Shown here: in pieces, positions 20,601 through 24,280 of the stretch
How positions within the stretch are numbered: position 1 is the stretch's first letter
Layout of the letters: every line of letters begins with the position of its first letter
Source of the DNA: Acanthaster planci
Lineage: Eukaryota
Direction of reading: 5' to 3'
NCBI RefSeq assembly: GCF_001949145.1
Contig: NW_019091362.1
Location: 806,997 to 831,276 of the forward strand
DNA length: 24,280 nt
Translations under genes and position numbers: made by a program
Notes under the pieces: generated by a model
Database searches by the model: none
What the model was told of the DNA's origin: nothing
The model's input: the letters and a program-made list of their open reading frames with translations, nothing else

Positions 20601-22683
20601 CCCCCCCCCCGCCTTTGTGTTGGTCATTGTTTGATCGGAATCTCAGGAATTCTTTACAGACTTCGAGGGGGGATGTGTTAGGTAACAATAGTCTAGAGTG
20701 TGTATAGGGATTGGACAGGTAAGGGGGGTACCCCTCTGTCCCATATCTTGCCTGGTATATCCGAAGTATCAAGCTGCAATAATACGCATTATTTATTTTC
20801 TGTGTGTATTTTTGTTGGACCATTGTGACAAGCAAACCTGCTGTTTATGTTGCAAGGGTTTTGAAGCTTGTCTAATTTTGATCTCTGATTTCGTTTTGCA
20901 GCGCGCCTATGCTGAAAACACCAAAAAGCTTGAGAAAGTTCTTCCAACAGTCACTATACGAGACCTAAGACTGGATGATGAGTGGATTCTGAACATCCTG
21001 GGACTTTATGCCCCAGACTTCCCATCGCTGACGTCAGAAGATGTCAGAGACCATGCCGAGGAGGTCGGACAGATGGCCGAGGAGTTGGATAACGAATTTC
21101 AGAAGGAGACAGGAGATATGACCAAAGACAAAGTGGGAGAGGAGGATAGAGAGACGAGAGAGAGATTAGAGTCTGGCATCAGTATCCAAGGGGTTGACAA
21201 AGTTGTGCGGAGGCTAAAGATGTCAGACCAGAGAGATGATCAGCAGAGACAATCGCATCGATTCACTAAGATCATCGATTTGATGTGGGTTACCAGTCCC
21301 CCGCCATCAGTACCGGAAGGAGGGGCCTCATTGTCAGAGCGGGCGTCAACTTGGAGTGGGCTGAATCGGGCAGAGCGTAGGAGCCGAGAGAAGACCCACT
21401 CGGACGATAGGTTGTCTACATCAGTCCCCAACGTCAACTCTGGCCCTGTATTCAGTAGGAACTCCTCACCTGCCATTGACATCCCCAACACTAACACCAA
21501 CGCCAGGACACTGGCCATCCCAGTCAACAGTTCAGTCAGCGACTCTGGGGTTTGTCTCAACATCACCAAAGAGTCTGATGTCCTGAGCCCCTCACAAATA
21601 TCTTCAGACCCCAGTGACCCACTTTGCAAGCGTTGCCAAGACAACCCCAACGCCAAAGTGTTCCTGGAGCGATTCCAGACAGCCTACAACTGCTTCCGCG
21701 TGGTGCTTCAGGACACAGTGCCCATGTCCAAACTGCAATGGCTGTATCGTTGCCTTCAAGAAGTCAACACAACAGCTGAGAAACAGTCACAGATAATTTT
21801 CTGTGAGTATGCCTCTGTCTTGTAAGACCGTGTCCAAATTACTTGGCTGCAGCTTGAAATTACACACGAGTCTATGATACTGGCTACAACCATATCCTAT
21901 GGAATCGTGTAGTGTCAAGCCGCAGCCAGTCAATTCAGACATAGCCTGATCTTGTTTTTGTTTGTAAGGGGAACCATCCGTTATACACAGCTAGTTCTTA
22001 ATTCCTGACTTTCCAAAAAACCATGATTCTTCCAAACCTGTGATACTCAAATCAGTCCTCTGTGAGGATTGCCTTTCTTGTGTGTATGATAAATCATTTT
22101 CCAATAGGGAGCTAAAGTCTTTATGAGAAAATATAGCAAAGCAATCATAGCGATCATCTCAAAAATTGGGACTTAACAAAGACTAAAACTAAATTGATAA
22201 ACTAATACAAGATGTATTTTGTGTCGGGGAGATGTTATTTTTTAATAACAGGTTTTGCCCTGACAGCAATGTTAACAAACAAAACCTGATACATTTCACA
22301 GAATTGCAAAATAAAAAGTAAGGTGTTAAAGTTAATCAAATGGCTATAGCAGATTTGATTTAGAAATTCTGAGTGTGTTTTCACTGACTTCACCGAGAGA
22401 GCTGTTCAGAGAAGTTATTGAAAATATCTTTCATTTGAACCTGGCTTTAGGTGGGAAGTGTCGCATGTTGAGTGGCGATGACCTCTTGACCGCACTTATC
22501 CTCTTTCTTCTCCACGGCGATGTGAAGGAGGTTGCCAAAGGTTACTACCATCTCATGCTTCTGCAAGATTATCTGCCGGACTTCTTGGACAAGGGGCACT
22601 TTGGGTTCTCAGTCAGCCAGTTTCTGTTTGCTTACACTTACATTCTTAGTTATGCTGATAGGGAGCTGTCCACAGACTTATAA
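11506..22683 (+). CDS. Multi-exon gene encoding a VPS9-domain protein (Rab5-family GEF-like), >=866 aa; join(11506-11638,12039-12232,12801-12914,13970-14056,14454-14539,15222-15330,15573-15659,16272-16386,17169-17227,17469-17537,18216-18362,19166-19312,20012-20131,20902-21802,22451-22683)
   Basis: All 15 exons have AG acceptors and GT donors (one GC), are phase-compatible and give one uninterrupted 2601-nt frame ending TAA at 22681-22683. The C-terminus has VPS9 hallmarks: YERCFF (helical bundle), PMSKLQWL (PxxKL), SGDDLL, GHFGFSVSQF. The 5' end is uncertain. Confidence 0.85.
12039..12232 (+). CDS. VPS9-domain gene exon 2 (LLNEDFFLPDVD...ALTNQ)
   Basis: TTGTAG acceptor, CAG|GTCAGT donor; 194 nt, phase 1 to 0; inside ORF 11981-12322. 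Confidence 0.88.
12801..12914 (+). CDS. VPS9-domain gene exon 3 (KEVLGELDAK...LDLQS)
   Basis: TTTACAG acceptor; donor TCG|GTACAC (weak) gives the required phase 0; 114 nt. Confidence 0.8.
13110..13695. mobile_element. piggyBac-like non-autonomous element (586 bp) in intron 3
   Basis: TIR CCACTTGCTGCC(A/G)GG at both ends with CC/GG termini; TTAA at 13106-13109 and 13696-13699; interior more GC-rich than the intron; no transposase ORF. Confidence 0.85.
13970..14056 (+). CDS. VPS9-domain gene exon 4 (EKAIVSCN...NSYVE)
   Basis: TTTAG acceptor, GAG|GTGAGA donor; 87 nt, phase 0-0. Confidence 0.85.
14454..14539 (+). CDS. VPS9-domain gene exon 5 (LDSFQKKVEEAK...SQLN)
   Basis: TTTTTTTGCAG acceptor, AA|GTGAGT donor; 86 nt, ends phase 2. 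Confidence 0.87.
15222..15330 (+). CDS. VPS9-domain gene exon 6 (ARIERDTI...PDEQK)
   Basis: TTCTGCAG acceptor, AAG|GTACGA donor; 109 nt, phase 2 to 0. Confidence 0.87.
15573..15659 (+). CDS. VPS9-domain gene exon 7 (LSDMHQAY...LQRKK)
   Basis: GTTTAG acceptor, AAG|GTGTGG donor; 87 nt, phase 0-0. Confidence 0.82.
16272..16386 (+). CDS. VPS9-domain gene exon 8 (VCAMSVRE...KRPTD)
   Basis: GATAG acceptor with poor pyrimidine tract, G|GTATGC donor; 115 nt, phase 0 to 1, matching the phase-1 acceptor at 17169. Confidence 0.75.
16778..17005. repeat. Long palindromic element (~105-bp arms, 20-nt loop) in intron 8
   Basis: Arms 16778-16882 and 16903-17005 are near-perfect reverse complements (e.g. 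ATGAGTATGTGTGGTTCTGAAAAGAACCGGG / CCCGGTTCTTTTCAGAACCACACATACTCAT). Confidence 0.92.
17169..17227 (+). CDS. VPS9-domain gene exon 9 (VLGEASLPAGWETLQSQVAK)
   Basis: Strong T-rich tract + CACAG acceptor, AAG|GTAAAA donor; 59 nt, phase 1 to 0. Confidence 0.83.
17469..17537 (+). CDS. VPS9-domain gene exon 10 (VTREFNQW...HAAYK)
   Basis: CATAG acceptor, AAG|GTAATG donor; 69 nt, phase 0-0. Confidence 0.83.
17799..17913. repeat. Degenerate inverted repeat (old palindromic MITE-like element) in intron 10
   Basis: AACAATTG..CTGCTGTG..GGATAGCA..CACC pairs with GGTG..TGTTATATTCC..CACAGCAG..CAATTGTT. Confidence 0.55.
18216..18362 (+). CDS. VPS9-domain gene exon 11 (SLEFNPSI...VQCTQ)
   Basis: TTTACAG acceptor, CAG|GTAAAA donor; 147 nt, phase 0-0. 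Confidence 0.87.
18677..19041. repeat. 57/66-bp minisatellite, ~6 copies, in intron 11
   Basis: Units start at 18677, 18743, 18809, 18866, 18923, 18989; core TACTACCTGTCCACAGCCAGGGTGCCACCCCAGTAATGGCTT. Confidence 0.95.
19166..19312 (+). CDS. VPS9-domain gene exon 12 (VEESGNVT...IHFRE), probable GC donor
   Basis: TACAG acceptor; phase-0 donor GAG|GCAAGT; alternative phase-0 donor ATC|GTAATT after 19294. Confidence 0.8.
20012..20131 (+). CDS. VPS9-domain gene exon 13 (VVDELVKD...LRLYE)
   Basis: TTGACAG acceptor, GAG|GTCAAT donor; 120 nt, phase 0-0; YERCFF resembles the helical-bundle helix preceding VPS9 domains. Confidence 0.85.
20902..21802 (+). CDS. VPS9-domain gene exon 14 (RAYAENTKK...SQIIF), large exon
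   Basis: TTTTGCAG acceptor, T|GTGAGT donor; 901 nt within the 375-aa ORF 20698-21825; phase 0 to 1. Confidence 0.92.
21826..21946. mobile_element. Short palindromic PIF/Harbinger-like MITE in intron 14
   Basis: Imperfect arms GACCGTGTCCAAATTACTTGGCTGCAGCTTGA / TCAAGCCGCAGCCAGTCAATTCAGACATAGCC; flanked by TAA and TGA (imperfect 3-bp TSD). Confidence 0.6.
22451..22683 (+). CDS. VPS9-domain gene terminal coding exon 15 (GKCRMLSGDDLL...LSTDL*)
   Basis: CTTTAG acceptor, phase 1; VPS9 core motifs; TAA stop. Confidence 0.9.
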
Positions 22684-24280
22684 TCAGGAATCAAATTTAA
22701 AAAGGGAAACCTGAAAGAGGTTGCTCACGATACAAAATTTGCACTGTGCTTAACTTGGTAAATTTCAATGTAGCTTGTTACTAAATTTATCTGAGTTTCA
22801 CCTGTTCTACTCTGCCATTTGCTCATCTGCAAGCAAATGTCTATTACGCAGACTAGTTACCAAGAGGCCTGATGACAACTTTAAATGGTTAGTTAACCAT
22901 TGCCCGAGTGTTTCAGAGCTGAATGATCTTCAAAGGCAAAAGTGTTCACAGTTGGTAGCACTCACTCCTCTGACCTGGCAGACCGTGTTGATATGATACA
23001 ATAACTAGACCACGAGGGAATGAGAAGGTATGAGCTAGGTTTAGTGGTGACATGGCCATAGAATATCTACTTGCTCTATTTTTTGTGACTAAATCCTTTT
23101 ATCATATTCTTTTGCCAGGCAAGTTCTGTGTACTAATATAAGGGCTTGCCATATAACCTAAATGGTTTGGTGCAAATTGTCAAATGACTTTGTGAACTAA
23201 TTGTCAGACCCTTTAATGGTAGGCTAACCATTTCTGCTATGTTTCTGGTGAATTTTCTTGGGCATGGAGTATTTACAAGTAATTTTGCTAGTCTGTTGGG
23301 GTTTGTGTGGGTAACGCAGGCACACTGTTCTATTTATGAGTGTCACCCCTGCTGCCCTGTCTGTCTCAGGTGGGGGACAAATTAAGCACAGAATGGATAA
23401 CCACTACAGTCAAAAGACACATCTATAAATGCAAGGTGTCAATTTGACTTCAACCTGCCAAAATGCATCAATGTCTGATGTGAGTTAACAGGGTTAGTGC
23501 CTGTGAACTTGCCGTTAAATTGTCAGTGCATCGATATTTTGTCAGTTTGTGAGTGTGAAATATGACAAAGGCATATGAAATGCCTGCATATCTGCGTTAG
23601 ACCACCTCAAATATGCTAAGTAATTATGGCACCTGAGTTAATTTACATGCTGTAGTAGTGTATTTTTTTATGATTTGATAATAGTGAATCCATTTCCACT
23701 CAGAACATTTCCACAAGTAGCAGCTGAAAACTTGTATGTTCTTTGTCCTTTGACATGACCTTTGACCACTATCCCTTCCTTTTTTTACTGGCCAGTTCTA
23801 AATTAGCATTGCTGGCTATAGTGACTATGGCTCACCATAGTGGCAACAATCGTGTTCCAGCCAAAGGATCACATCTTCAGTTATGGCTTGGCGCAATGAC
23901 TGATCAAACCAGTTCATGCCATGTAAACATGCAGGAATTTTCTGTCAGTCTAACCACGCAGGGGCATGGGTCACCAAGCAAACTTAGCCAATGCTGTGTA
24001 CCACTGGAAGTGTCTCCAACAATGTCAGTAGTTCAACATTAAGTGTCACACATTTTTTTGTATTAAAAAAACATGTCTTTGGGAGGTTGTGAAAAGTCAA
24101 GCAGCTTGTGGCCACGTGAAACAGTAACATTTTATAGAGGGTTGGGAATAAGATAAATATCCACACCTTTCCAAAACTAAACAGAAAAACACCTATGCCC
24201 TGAAATATTTGTATATACTGGTGCTGTGAGTTGCTGTTGTGATCATTATGGATATTTTCCCCAGAATACATCGCCTAGTT

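Noticed and set aside
20698..20901. N-terminal Cys-rich part of the 375-aa ORF
   Set aside because: Lies upstream of the strong acceptor at 20901 and is T-rich intron sequence read through by chance.
21240..21656. 138-aa - strand ORF
   Set aside because: Antisense shadow of coding exon 14; no recognisable domain.
24062..24067. ATTAAA as the poly(A) signal of the VPS9 gene
   Set aside because: Common hexamer in AT-rich DNA; the transcript end cannot be placed without RNA data.

Overview
Eukaryotic, AT-rich genomic DNA, most likely from a marine invertebrate (inferred from the abundant TACATGTA motif, MITEs and a tRNA-derived SINE; species not identifiable). The main feature is one + strand multi-exon gene. 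I hand-spliced 15 phase-compatible coding exons between 11506 and 22683 (2601 nt, 866 aa plus stop), with a tentative start exon (ATG CAC TAC, 10746-10754). The protein has a Cys/His-rich N-terminus, a long helical/coiled-coil middle and a C-terminal VPS9 (Rab5-family GEF) domain. That domain has unusual substitutions at Rab-contacting positions and a ~200 aa low-complexity insertion before its core. One intron probably uses a GC donor. The first ~10.5 kb has no convincing coding sequence apart from one orphan exon-like segment, and a possible divergent - strand promoter/first exon lies at 21-129. Non-coding DNA holds piggyBac-, Kolobok-, Tc1/mariner- and Harbinger-like MITEs, several palindromic elements (one resembling a decayed hammerhead-bearing Penelope-type repeat), a SINE and two minisatellites. 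I found no evidence of a wholly new multi-gene system. The divergent VPS9 protein is the best lead. All calls were made by eye, without database searches.
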